Below the pieces are notes generated by a model that had not been told where the DNA came from, ran no database searches, and saw only the letters and a program-made list of their open reading frames with translations. Positions 44,739 to 53,570 of a stretch of 64,000 nucleotides of DNA are shown piece after piece. The DNA lies in the NCBI GenBank assembly GCA_025927685.1, contig JAICKX010000001.1, forward strand, positions 13,974 through 77,973, given 5' to 3'. Made by a program: the position numbers and the translations under genes. Every line of letters begins with the position of its first letter. Position 1 is the stretch's first letter. The DNA is from Thermoleophilia bacterium. Lineage in GTDB: Bacteria; Actinomycetota; Thermoleophilia; Gaiellales; JAICJC01.

Positions 44739-45566
44739 ATGAAGCGAATGGCGCTCGTCGTGGCGGTGCTTGCGGGTCTGGCCGGCGGCGCCGCCGTGCC
44801 GCCCGCCGCCGGTGCGGCGTGCGGGCTGATCGTCGTCTGGCACGACCGCGCCTACTGGGGGTTCGGTGGCGGTCCGGCCGAATCGGACGGCAAGCGGCTG
44901 GATGGCGCGGTGGAGCCTGGGTGCAACGACACGGCGGGCGCGAACGAGCGGCCGTCGGCGGTCGCCGCGCGGACGATTCCGGCCGTCCCTCCGGCGGTGG
45001 CGATCTTCAGCGAGGGCCACACGCTCGTCGCCTCTTCCTACTTCATCGAGCCATCCGACCTTCGCGTGGGCGACGCCGCGGTCCCGATCCACGACGAGAC
45101 GCGCGGCTGCGCCCTCGGCGGGCCCGTGCGGATCGTCGGCCCTGCGCATCCCGGGTTCGGCCTGATCGACGTCACGGTCGATCGAACCACGGTGCGGCTC
45201 CACCACCTCCTTCACGGCGCCGCTCTGATGTTTCCGGATGGCCGCACGCGCTTCGAGGGCCTCGAGCGAAACGGCCTTCCGTACATCGCCGAGGGCCAGC
45301 GTGTTCGGGTCGACGCCCGGTTCTGCAAGGTCCCCGGCTCGATCGGGACGAAGATCGTCGCCCGGCGCATCTCGCCGGCCGGTCCGATCGTCGCGCCGAC
45401 GACCGCCGAGGACGTCCTCGGGGCGGACTGGCGCGGGACGTCCGGGATCGTTGCGCGAGCAACCGGCGGCCACAGCTGGGCCGGGTATGCCGCACTCGTC
45501 CTCCTCGCCGCTGTCGCGGCGCTCCTCATCCTCCGCCGCCGCTCGCCCCGCTCCGGCACCGGCTAA
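44739..45566 (+). CDS. Hypothetical exported protein with a C-terminal TM anchor
   Basis: Signal peptide MKRMALVVAVLAGLAGGAA. The C-terminus is WAGYAALVLLAAVAALLILRRRSP. It occupies the slot where rapZ usually sits. Confidence 0.65.
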   Translation: MKRMALVVAVLAGLAGGAAVPPAAGAACGLIVVWHDRAYWGFGGGPAESDGKRLDGAVEPGCNDTAGANERPSAVAARTIPAVPPAVAIFSEGHTLVASSYFIEPSDLRVGDAAVPIHDETRGCALGGPVRIVGPAHPGFGLIDVTVDRTTVRLHHLLHGAALMFPDGRTRFEGLERNGLPYIAEGQRVRVDARFCKVPGSIGTKIVARRISPAGPIVAPTTAEDVLGADWRGTSGIVARATGGHSWAGYAALVLLAAVAALLILRRRSPRSGTG

Positions 45567-45569
45567 CCT
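45564..45569 (+). promoter_or_regulatory. -10-like box TAACCT, 6 nt upstream of GTG 45576 (leaderless-type); it includes the upstream TAA stop
   Basis: TAACCT-caaacg-GTG. Confidence 0.35.
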
Positions 45570-45575
45570 CAAACG

Positions 45576-46547
45576 GTGCCGCTGTTGCCCGACCCGCCGT
45601 CCGGCGAGGCCGTCGTGGTGCGTCGCCCGCGCCGCGGTGTCCGGGTCGTCTGCCTGGGCGGCGGCACCGGCCTGTCGACCATCCTGCGCGGCCTGAAGCA
45701 CGTCGCGAGCGTCACCGCGGTTGTGACGACGACCGACGACGGCGGCAGCTCGGGCCGGCTGCGGCGCGACTTCGACATGCCCGCTCCGGGCGACCTGCGC
45801 AGCTGCCTGGCGGCGCTCGCCGAGGACGAGTCGCTCGTCGGCCGGCTCTTCCAGCATCGCTTCACGACGGGCGAGCTGGCGGGCCACAGCTTCGGCAACC
45901 TCTTCCTGGCCGGGATGACCGACCTCCTCGGGAGCTTCGACCGGGCGGTGTCGGAGTCGGCCCGCGTGCTGGCGGTGAGGGGCGGTGTCGTCCCGAGCAC
46001 GGTCGAGATGGTCGAGCTCGTGGCGCGGTTCCCGGACGGCCACGAGGTGCGCGGCGAGACGGCGCTCGCCGCCGACGGCGCCCAGTGCGAGCGGGTGCGG
46101 CTCGACCCGCCGGCGCCGGCCGCGCATCCGCGCGCGCTCCAGGCCCTCGCGCGCGCGGAGCTGATCGTGATGGGCCCCGGCAGCCTCTACACGAGCACGA
46201 TCCCGCCGCTCCTCATCCCCGGCATCGCGGAGGCCGTGCGCGCCGCGAAGGTGCCGCGGGTCTATGTGTGCAACCTGCTCCAGCAGCCCGGCGAGACGGA
46301 GGGCTACATGGCGTCCGACCACGTCTCGCGCCTGTACGACCACGTCGGCGAGGGACTGGTCGACGTCGCGGTCGTGAGCCGCAACCGGGCCCAGTTCGGG
46401 ACGCCCGTGATCGTGGACCGGGGCGGCCTGCGCCGGCTCGGCGTCGAGGTGGTCGGCGGGCGCCTGGCGGCGGAGTGGCAGCACGACCCGGACCGGCTCG
46501 CCCGCGTCCTGGTGCGGCTGGCGCGCCGTCCGCGGGTTGCGGCGTGA
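45576..46547 (+). CDS. yvcK: Gluconeogenesis factor YvcK (CofD-like, UPF0052)
   Basis: VVCLGGGTGLSTILRGLK, VVTTTDDGGSSGRLR and GPGSLYTSTIP. Confidence 0.9.
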   Translation: MPLLPDPPSGEAVVVRRPRRGVRVVCLGGGTGLSTILRGLKHVASVTAVVTTTDDGGSSGRLRRDFDMPAPGDLRSCLAALAEDESLVGRLFQHRFTTGELAGHSFGNLFLAGMTDLLGSFDRAVSESARVLAVRGGVVPSTVEMVELVARFPDGHEVRGETALAADGAQCERVRLDPPAPAAHPRALQALARAELIVMGPGSLYTSTIPPLLIPGIAEAVRAAKVPRVYVCNLLQQPGETEGYMASDHVSRLYDHVGEGLVDVAVVSRNRAQFGTPVIVDRGGLRRLGVEVVGGRLAAEWQHDPDRLARVLVRLARRPRVAA

Positions 46548-47476
46548 CGGGGAACTTCGCAGAGCGGGCCCGGCGCGAGCTCGTCGAGCGGCCGCCGCGG
46601 CGGATCTGCTGCCGGCGCTCGTTCCTCTCCGGGTTCGTGCGCCATGCCGGCACGCTCGAGGTGAGCTCCGGCGGCCTGGCGGTGCGCGCCGAGACGGCCG
46701 ACGCCGCCGCGGCCCGGCTGGCGTTCGGGCTCGTGCGCTCGCTCGGCGCGGACGCCCAGATCGCCTCGTTCCGGGAGCCGCGCTTCGAGCGCCGAAACCG
46801 CGTCGTCGTTCGGGTCGAGGGCGGCCGCGGGCTCCAGCTGATGCACGAGATCGGCGTCCTGTCAGCCGCGCTCGAGCCGCTGCCCGGGCCGCCCCGCCGG
46901 GTCGTCGCCCGCGCCTGCTGCCGGGCCGGCTACCTGCGCGGCGCGTTCGTCGCCGCCGGCTCCGTCTCGGCCCCGCGGGCCGCCGGCCACCTCGAGATCC
47001 GGGCGGCAGACGCCGATTCCGCAGGCGTCGTCGTGAAGCTGGCCGCGGCGGAGGGAATCGCGATGGCGGTCGCCCAGCGGACGGCGCACGCCGCCGCCTA
47101 CGCGAAGTCGAAGCAGGCGATCCGCGACCTCCTCGCGCTGATGGGCGCCCACGACGCCGTGCTGGCGTTCGAGGAGGCCGCGGTGATGGCCGCGACCCGC
47201 GAGCGCGCGAACCGCGTCACGAACTTCGACCGCGCGAACCTGGCCCGGCTGGGCGGCGCCGCCAGGGCCCAGCGCGAGGCGATCGACGCCCTCGACCTCG
47301 ACGGCCTCGACGCCCGCCTGCGCCAGGTGGCCGAGCTGCGGCTGCGCCACCCGCACCTCTCGCTCGCCGAGCTCGGCCGCCGGGCGCGTCCGCCGTTGCC
47401 GAAGTCGACGGTGGCGGGGCGGATGCGCGCGCTGGCGGCCTTAACATCTCGGGCAAATCCGCTAACAGATCGCTAA
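46544..47476 (+). CDS. whiA: DNA-binding sporulation/cell-division regulator WhiA
   Basis: GTG 46544 (GTGA overlap). FAERARRELVE...CCRRSFLSGFVR, LAGLIDADG-like middle domain, and C-terminal HTH LSLAELGRR...PKSTVAGRMRAL. Confidence 0.88.
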   Translation: MTGNFAERARRELVERPPRRICCRRSFLSGFVRHAGTLEVSSGGLAVRAETADAAAARLAFGLVRSLGADAQIASFREPRFERRNRVVVRVEGGRGLQLMHEIGVLSAALEPLPGPPRRVVARACCRAGYLRGAFVAAGSVSAPRAAGHLEIRAADADSAGVVVKLAAAEGIAMAVAQRTAHAAAYAKSKQAIRDLLALMGAHDAVLAFEEAAVMAATRERANRVTNFDRANLARLGGAARAQREAIDALDLDGLDARLRQVAELRLRHPHLSLAELGRRARPPLPKSTVAGRMRALAALTSRANPLTDR

Positions 47477-47645
47477 CGATTTACCCCTTTCGGGGGTCGC
47501 CGTACGACCCTGCCGCCGCGACAATGAGCCACGTGTTCTCGTGGGTGGCCGAGCATCCCCTGCGCGACGGATCCAGACCCCATCTGACGCTGCCCGAATC
47601 TGCCGGCCACCCGCGATAACCGCTCTCCCGCGGCCCCTCGCTCAC

Positions 47646-47651
47646 TAGAAT
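47646..47651 (+). promoter_or_regulatory. -10-like box TAGAAT upstream of gap (leadered; SD GGGGGA before ATG 47682)
   Basis: TAGAAT lies 30 nt upstream of the ATG. No convincing -35 was found. Confidence 0.35.
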
Positions 47652-47681
47652 CCTGCGCCTGTCGGCGATCTTGGGGGATTC

Positions 47682-48680
47682 ATGAGCGTACGGGTGGGCA
47701 TCAACGGATTCGGCCGCATCGGCCGCAACGTCTTTCGCGCGGCGGTCGAGCGCGGGTCCGGGTTCGAGGTCGTGGCGTTCAACGACCTCATGGACCCGCC
47801 GATGGCCGCCCATCTGCTGCGCTACGACACGATCCACGGCCGGTTCCGGGGCGAGGTGTCCGCCAAGGAGGACGCGCTCGCCGTGAACGGCAACGAGGTC
47901 AAGGTCCTGTCCCAACGCGACCCGGCCGACCTGCCGTGGAAGGATCTGGGCGTCGAGATCGTGGTCGAGTCGACCGGCCTTTTCACCGCCCGCGACAAGG
48001 CCGCCAAGCACCTCGACGCGGGTGCCCGCAAGGTGGTCATCAGCGCCCCGGCGACGGAGCCGGACGTCACCATCTGCATGGGTGTGAACGACGACGTCTA
48101 CGACGCGTCCCAGCACCACGTCATCTCGAACGCGTCCTGCACGACCAACTGCCTGGCGCCGCTGGTGAAGGTGCTGCTCGAGAGCTTCGGCATCGAACGC
48201 GGCTACATGACCACGACCCATGCGTACACCCAGGACCAGCAGACCCTGGACGGCGTGCACAAGGATTTGCGTCGCGCCCGCGCCGCCGCCGCGAACGTCA
48301 TCCCGACGTCGACCGGGGCCGCGAAGGCGATCGGCCTCGTGATCCCCGAGATGCAAGGCCTTTTGGACGGGATCTCGATGCGTGTGCCCGTCACCGACGG
48401 CTCGGTGACCGACCTCGTCGCCGTCGTCGGCCGCGAGACCACCCGCGACGAGGTGAACGCGGCCTTCGAGGCCGCCGCCGACACCGGCTCGCTCGCGGGC
48501 ATCCTCCAGTACAGCGAGGATCCCCTCGTCTCGAGCGACATCGTCGGGCAGTCGTGGAGCTCGATCTTCGACTCGAAGCTCACGATGGTGAACGGCAACC
48601 TGGTCAAGGTCGTCTCGTGGTACGACAACGAGTGGGGTTACTCGTGCCGGGTGGTGGATCTGATCCAGAAGATCCTGTGA
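47682..48680 (+). CDS. gap: Type I glyceraldehyde-3-phosphate dehydrogenase
   Basis: VGINGFGRIGRNVFR, SNASCTTNCLAP and WYDNEWGYS. Confidence 0.97.
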   Translation: MSVRVGINGFGRIGRNVFRAAVERGSGFEVVAFNDLMDPPMAAHLLRYDTIHGRFRGEVSAKEDALAVNGNEVKVLSQRDPADLPWKDLGVEIVVESTGLFTARDKAAKHLDAGARKVVISAPATEPDVTICMGVNDDVYDASQHHVISNASCTTNCLAPLVKVLLESFGIERGYMTTTHAYTQDQQTLDGVHKDLRRARAAAANVIPTSTGAAKAIGLVIPEMQGLLDGISMRVPVTDGSVTDLVAVVGRETTRDEVNAAFEAAADTGSLAGILQYSEDPLVSSDIVGQSWSSIFDSKLTMVNGNLVKVVSWYDNEWGYSCRVVDLIQKIL

Positions 48681-49819
48681 AGACCCTCCGCGACCTGCCC
48701 GTGGAGGGCAGGCGGGTGCTCGTCCGTGCCGACCTGAACGTGCCTCTCGACGACGGCCGGATCGCCGACGACACCCGCATCCGAGCCTCGGTGCCGACCG
48801 TCGCATACCTGCGCGAGCACGGCGCGGACGTCGTCGTCTGCTCGCACCTCGGCCGCCCGAAGGGCGAGGTCCGACCGGAGCTCTCGCTTCGGCCGGTCGC
48901 GGAGCGGCTGTCGGAGCTTCTCGGCGAGCCGGTCGCCTTCGCCGCCGAGCGGGGGCCGGTGCGGCTGCTCGAGAACCTGCGCTTCGATCCACGCGAGGAG
49001 CAGAACGACCCGGCGCTCGCGGAGGAGCTGGCCGCGCAGGCCGACCTCTTCGTGAGCGACGCGTTCGGGACGGTGCATCGCGCGCACGCGTCGACGGTCG
49101 GAGTCGCCAGGCTCCTGCCCAGCGCCGCCGGCCTGCTCCTGGCCGCCGAGCTCGAGGCGTTCGAGCGGATCCTGGAGCATCCCGAGCATCCGTTCGTCGT
49201 CATCCTCGGCGGGGCGAAGGTGGCGGACAAGATCGGCGTCATCCAGCGGTTCACCGGCCTGGCCGACGCCATCCTGATCGGCGGGGCGATGACGTTCACG
49301 TTCCTCGCTGCGGACGGCGTCGGCGTCGGGGCGTCGAAGCACGAGGACGCGGACGGGCAGGAGGTCGCCCGCCGGGCGGCGGCGGAGGCCGGTGACCGGG
49401 GCTGCGAGCTGGTGCTGCCCACCGACGTCGTCGTCGCCGAGCGGGTGGAGGCCGACGCGTCGACCCAGGTGGTCGCGGCGGATGCGATCCCGGACGGCTG
49501 GATGGGGCTCGACATCGGGCCCGAGACCGCCGCCGCGTATGGGCGCCGGTTTGGGCAGGCGCGCACGATCTTCTGGAACGGGCCGATGGGCGTGTTCGAG
49601 CTCGAGCCGTTCGCGGCGGGCACCCTGGCGGTCGCGCACGCGGTCGCGGAGTCGGCGGCGGTCTCGGTCGTCGGCGGCGGCGACTCGCTCGCGGCCGTGA
49701 ACCGGGCCGGCGTCGCCGACCTCATCACCCACGTCTCGACCGGCGGCGGCGCCGCGCTCGAGCTGGTCGAGGGGCGCACGCTGCCCGGCGTCGCGGCGCT
49801 CGAAGAGGAGGCGGCGTGA
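48677..49819 (+). CDS. pgk: Phosphoglycerate kinase
   Basis: GTG 48677 (GTGA overlap). RVLVRADLNVPL, SHLGRPKG, LENLRF and FWNGPMGVFE. Confidence 0.95.
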   Translation: MKTLRDLPVEGRRVLVRADLNVPLDDGRIADDTRIRASVPTVAYLREHGADVVVCSHLGRPKGEVRPELSLRPVAERLSELLGEPVAFAAERGPVRLLENLRFDPREEQNDPALAEELAAQADLFVSDAFGTVHRAHASTVGVARLLPSAAGLLLAAELEAFERILEHPEHPFVVILGGAKVADKIGVIQRFTGLADAILIGGAMTFTFLAADGVGVGASKHEDADGQEVARRAAAEAGDRGCELVLPTDVVVAERVEADASTQVVAADAIPDGWMGLDIGPETAAAYGRRFGQARTIFWNGPMGVFELEPFAAGTLAVAHAVAESAAVSVVGGGDSLAAVNRAGVADLITHVSTGGGAALELVEGRTLPGVAALEEEAA

Positions 49820-50571
49820 GCAGGCGCCCGTTCGTCGCAGGCAACTGGAAGATGCACAAGACAGCGGCGGAGGCGGCCGAGTTCGTCGGGCGGCTGGCGG
49901 CCCGTCTGCCCGCCGAGGTCGACGTCGCCCTGTGCCCGCCGTTCACCGCCCTGGCCGAGGCGGCCGCCGCCGCCGCCGGCCTCCGGATCGCGATCTACGC
50001 GCAGAACATGCACCAGGCGGCGAGCGGCGCCTACACGGGCGAGATCTCGGCCGAGATGATCCTCGACACGGGCGCCCAGGGCGTGCTGCTCGGCCACTCG
50101 GAGCGCCGCCAGCTCTTCGGCGAGACCGACGAGGGCGTGAACGCCAAGCTGGCCGTCGCGCACGAGGCGGGGCTGTGGGCGATCGTCGCCGTCGGCGAGA
50201 CGGAGGCCGAGCGGGAGGCGGGGGAGACCGAGCGCGTGCTGCGCCGCCAGGTGGAGGGCGCCCTCTGCGACATCGGCAGCGACCGGGTCGCCGAGACGAC
50301 CATCGCCTACGAGCCGGTCTGGGCGATCGGCACCGGCCGCACCGCCACGCCGGCGATGGCGCAGGCGGCGCACGCCGAGATCCGCGCGATCCTGGCGGAG
50401 CTGTACGGGGACGAGGCGGCCGAGGCCGTGCGGATCCAGTACGGCGGCTCCGTCAAGCCGGACAACGCGGCCGGCCTGTTCTCGGAGGACGAGATCGACG
50501 GCGGGCTGATCGGCGGCGCCAGCCTGACGGTCGAGGACTTCTCCGCGATCCTCGCCGCCGCCGTCCCGTGA
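49816..50571 (+). CDS. tpiA: Triosephosphate isomerase
   Basis: PFVAGNWKMHKT, LLGHSERR, AYEPVWAIGTG and IQYGGSV. Confidence 0.95.
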   Translation: MSRRPFVAGNWKMHKTAAEAAEFVGRLAARLPAEVDVALCPPFTALAEAAAAAAGLRIAIYAQNMHQAASGAYTGEISAEMILDTGAQGVLLGHSERRQLFGETDEGVNAKLAVAHEAGLWAIVAVGETEAEREAGETERVLRRQVEGALCDIGSDRVAETTIAYEPVWAIGTGRTATPAMAQAAHAEIRAILAELYGDEAAEAVRIQYGGSVKPDNAAGLFSEDEIDGGLIGGASLTVEDFSAILAAAVP

Positions 50572-52061
50572 GCACGCCGCTCGTCTGCCTGATCGTGCTC
50601 GACGGCTGGGGGCTCGCGCCGCCCGGGCCCGGAAACGCGGTCGACGCGGCCCGGACGCAGGCGTTCGACCGGCTGTGGTCGGCCTACCCGCACACGACGC
50701 TCGAGGCGTCGGGCCGGGCCGTGGGCCTGCCCGACGGGCAGATGGGGAACTCCGAGGTGGGTCACACCAACCTCGGGGCGGGCCGGGTGGTGCGCCAGGA
50801 CCTGGTGCGGATCGACGACGACATCGAGTCCGGGGCCTTCTTCGAGAACGACGTGCTCGTGGCCGCCGCCCGCGTCGCCCGCGAGTCGGCGCTTCACCTG
50901 CTCGGGCTCGTGTCGGACGGCGGCGTCCACAGCCACCTGCGCCATCTCCGGGCGCTGGTCGAGCTGGGCCGCCGCGAGCGGGTGGAGCACGTCCACGTCC
51001 ACGCCTTCACGGACGGGCGCGACACCTCGCCGCACGGTGCCGAGCGCTACCTGGACGGCATCCCGGGCGTGGCGACCGTGGTGGGCCGCTACTACGCGAT
51101 GGATCGTGACCGGCGCTGGGACCGCGTCAAGCGGGCCTACGACGCGATCGTGTACGGAGACGGCGCCCGGGCGGACGACCCCGTCGAGGCGGTCAGGGCG
51201 AGCTACGCGCGCGACGTCACCGACGAGTTCGTCGAGCCGGTGGTCATCGGCGACCCTGCCGCCGGGCGGATCCGAGCGGACGACGTCGCCATCTTCTTCA
51301 ACTTCCGTCCGGACCGGGCACGGGAGCTCTCATGGGCGCTCACGAAGGCCGACTTCGACGGGTTCGACCGCGGGCCCGGTCCGCCGCTCCCGCACTACGT
51401 GCAGATGACGGAGTACGCGGACGACATTCGTGCCCCGGTCGCGTTCCCGGGCGAGGACCTGGCGGACGTCATGGCGCAGGTCCTGGCCCGGCACGGCGTC
51501 GAGCAGCTCCACGTGGCCGAGACCGAGAAGTACGCGCACGTCACGTACTTCTTCGACGGCGGCGCCGAGACGCGCTGCGAGGGCGAGGACTGGGAGCTGG
51601 TCGACTCTCCGCGCGACGTCGCCACCTACGACCAGAAGCCGGGCATGAGCGCGGACGGGGTGGCCGACCACGTGGTCGACGGGCTCGCCGAGGGCCGCTA
51701 CGGGTTCTGCCTCGTCAACTTCGCGAACCCCGACATGGTCGGGCACAGCGGCTCGATCCCGGCGACCGTCGAGGCGGTCGAGACGGTCGACCGCTGCCTG
51801 GCACGGGTGGCCGAGGCGGTCGAGAAGCGGGGCGGGATCTGCCTCGTCACCGCCGACCACGGGAACGCGGAGACCATGCTGACCGCCGACGGCTCCCCGC
51901 ACACGGCGCACACGACCAACCCCGTGCCGCTGATCGTGACCGACCACGGCGCCCGCCTGCGCGACGGCGGCCGGCTGGCGGACATCGCGCCGACGGCGCT
52001 CGACCTGCTGGGCATCCCGGCCCCGGAGGCGATGCAGGGGTCGTCGCTCATCGCCGACTGA
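50568..52061 (+). CDS. gpmI: 2,3-bisphosphoglycerate-independent phosphoglycerate mutase
   Basis: GTG 50568 (GTGA overlap). VLDGWGL, GQMGNSEVGHTNLGAGR, DGGVHSH and ADHGNAE. Confidence 0.93.
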   Translation: MSTPLVCLIVLDGWGLAPPGPGNAVDAARTQAFDRLWSAYPHTTLEASGRAVGLPDGQMGNSEVGHTNLGAGRVVRQDLVRIDDDIESGAFFENDVLVAAARVARESALHLLGLVSDGGVHSHLRHLRALVELGRRERVEHVHVHAFTDGRDTSPHGAERYLDGIPGVATVVGRYYAMDRDRRWDRVKRAYDAIVYGDGARADDPVEAVRASYARDVTDEFVEPVVIGDPAAGRIRADDVAIFFNFRPDRARELSWALTKADFDGFDRGPGPPLPHYVQMTEYADDIRAPVAFPGEDLADVMAQVLARHGVEQLHVAETEKYAHVTYFFDGGAETRCEGEDWELVDSPRDVATYDQKPGMSADGVADHVVDGLAEGRYGFCLVNFANPDMVGHSGSIPATVEAVETVDRCLARVAEAVEKRGGICLVTADHGNAETMLTADGSPHTAHTTNPVPLIVTDHGARLRDGGRLADIAPTALDLLGIPAPEAMQGSSLIAD

Positions 52062-52092
52062 CCCCGGCGGTCATGTCAGCTGGGTCACATGT

Positions 52093-52773
52093 GTGCAACA
52101 GGATGCGCATTCCGGCGGCCGTACGTGGGTACGTCTATACTCACGCGGGCTTTTTCACGCCCGTTCGACCACATTGGCCCTTCCGCAGCCTGATCTGGAC
52201 GTTCTTCGACTTGCCCGCCGTGGCGACGAGCGCGCGTTTGCGATCATCGTGCGCCAGTACCACGGGCCGGTGTTCAACTACGTGACGCGCGTGCTCTCCG
52301 GCGACCGGGCCCTCGCCGAGGACATCTGCCAGGAGGTGTTCATGCGCGTCTACCAGGCCCTGCCGGGCTTCGACCAGCGGTGCCAGTTCACGACCTGGCT
52401 CTTCCAGGTCGCCAAGCACCGCGTGGTCGACGCGCTGCGGGCGCGCGAGCGCCGCGGCCGGCCGGCGCTCGAGCTCGAAGCGGCGCCGCAGCTCTACCTG
52501 GCCGTGGCGCCTCCTGACGCCGACGACGGCATGGACGCCGTCTGGCAGGCCATCGGGAGCCTCTCGGTCGACCTGAAGATGGCGCTGCTCCTCCGCGACC
52601 TCGTCGGCCTGAGCTACGCGGAGATCGCCGAGGCGCTCGACACGACGCTCGCGACCGTCAAGTGGCGCATCTACAAGGCGCGCGAGACGGTCGTGGCCGA
52701 GCTCCTGCGCGAGGGCTACGACTTCGGCCACCGTCCGGCGACGACGCCGGCCGCCGCCGGCCACCGGCACTAG
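52093..52773 (+). CDS. ECF-type sigma-70 family RNA polymerase sigma factor
   Basis: Region 2: FAIIVRQYHGPVFNYV..DICQEVFMRVY..F..WLFQVAKHRVVDALR. Region 4: LLLRDLVGLSYAEIAEALDTTLATVKWRIYKAR. The start is uncertain (track GTG 52093; TTG 52174 fits typical length better). Confidence 0.85.
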   Translation: MQQDAHSGGRTWVRLYSRGLFHARSTTLALPQPDLDVLRLARRGDERAFAIIVRQYHGPVFNYVTRVLSGDRALAEDICQEVFMRVYQALPGFDQRCQFTTWLFQVAKHRVVDALRARERRGRPALELEAAPQLYLAVAPPDADDGMDAVWQAIGSLSVDLKMALLLRDLVGLSYAEIAEALDTTLATVKWRIYKARETVVAELLREGYDFGHRPATTPAAAGHRH

Positions 52774-53570
52774 CGCATCCGCCACACGGCCTGGGTGAAG
52801 GCCACCCGCAGGCCGGCCCGCTCGAGGTTGCGCTGGCTGCCCGACCCGAACTCCGCCAGTGACGCGACGGTGTCGCACCCGGCCTCCGCGGAATCGGCGA
52901 TCCGCCGTGCCAGGAGCGCCGTCTGGCAGCCGCGGCCGCGCATCGCCGGCAGCGTCGCGGCGTTCGCGAGATAGCCGATCCCGTCGTCGAGCGTCAGCGC
53001 CGCGGAGCCGGCGGGCGTTCCGTCCACGAGGGCCAGGTAGAGCCGCCAGCCGGGCCGGCCGTGCCAGGCCCGCACGGCGGCCTCGTCGGGCCCGCGGTTC
53101 TCGGCCGGCACCTCGTGCCCGTCCAGGTGGATGCGGGCGAAGTCCGCCATGTCGGCCTCGCCGGCCTCGACCACCTCGACACCCATCGGCGCCGGGGGCG
53201 GGGCCGGCGGGCCGCAGAACGAGCCCCAGAAGCCGGTCTGCGCCCATCCCGCCGCCGTCAGGCGCTCCAGCAACGATGCGGCGCCCGGCACCGGTGCCAC
53301 CTCCGTCCAGCCGCGCAGCCCCAGCCGGCGGTAGACGGCGGTCACGTCGTCGACGCGGCCCACGTGCTCGGCGGCGAGCCCGTGCACGGAGTTCGCGAAG
53401 TCGAGGTCGGGCAGGAGCTCGCACGCCAGCGCCACCGTGCCGCCGAACCGCTCGACCGTCACCCGGGCCGGGTTCCCGGGGACGTCCCGCATGCCTTCGA
53501 CCCAGGCGACCATGAAGGCCGACGCCGCCCGCCGGATCCGTCCGACGAGCTCCCCGGTCTCGGTCGTCAC
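52770..53570 (-). CDS. GNAT-family N-acetyltransferase (two-lobed)
   Basis: C-terminal acetyl-CoA motif LPAMRGRGCQTALLARRI. GTG 53570 overlaps the upstream stop (GTGA). Confidence 0.75.
   Translation of the reverse strand: MTTETGELVGRIRRAASAFMVAWVEGMRDVPGNPARVTVERFGGTVALACELLPDLDFANSVHGLAAEHVGRVDDVTAVYRRLGLRGWTEVAPVPGAASLLERLTAAGWAQTGFWGSFCGPPAPPPAPMGVEVVEAGEADMADFARIHLDGHEVPAENRGPDEAAVRAWHGRPGWRLYLALVDGTPAGSAALTLDDGIGYLANAATLPAMRGRGCQTALLARRIADSAEAGCDTVASLAEFGSGSQRNLERAGLRVAFTQAVWRMR

Noticed and set aside
44739-45566. Whether this gene could be a divergent RapZ.
   Set aside because: It has no Walker A/P-loop (GxxGxGKS/T) anywhere in the sequence. It has a clear signal peptide and a C-terminal TM anchor, which is incompatible with cytoplasmic RapZ.
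47477-47681. Riboswitch or leader peptide in the 205-nt whiA-gap spacer, which includes a 31-codon ORF MSHVFSWVAEHPLRDGSRPHLTLPESAGHPR.
   Set aside because: I recognised no known riboswitch core and there are only weak hairpins. The short ORF has no SD or -10 geometry and shows mixed codon usage. The spacer is left as a promoter region only.
52094-52137. An ECF-type autoregulatory promoter (AAC ... CGTC) upstream of the sigma factor gene, using TGCAAC at 52094 and CGTCTA at 52132.
   Set aside because: The spacing between the two elements is about 32 nt, far from the 16-17 nt expected for ECF promoters. This is most likely coincidental.
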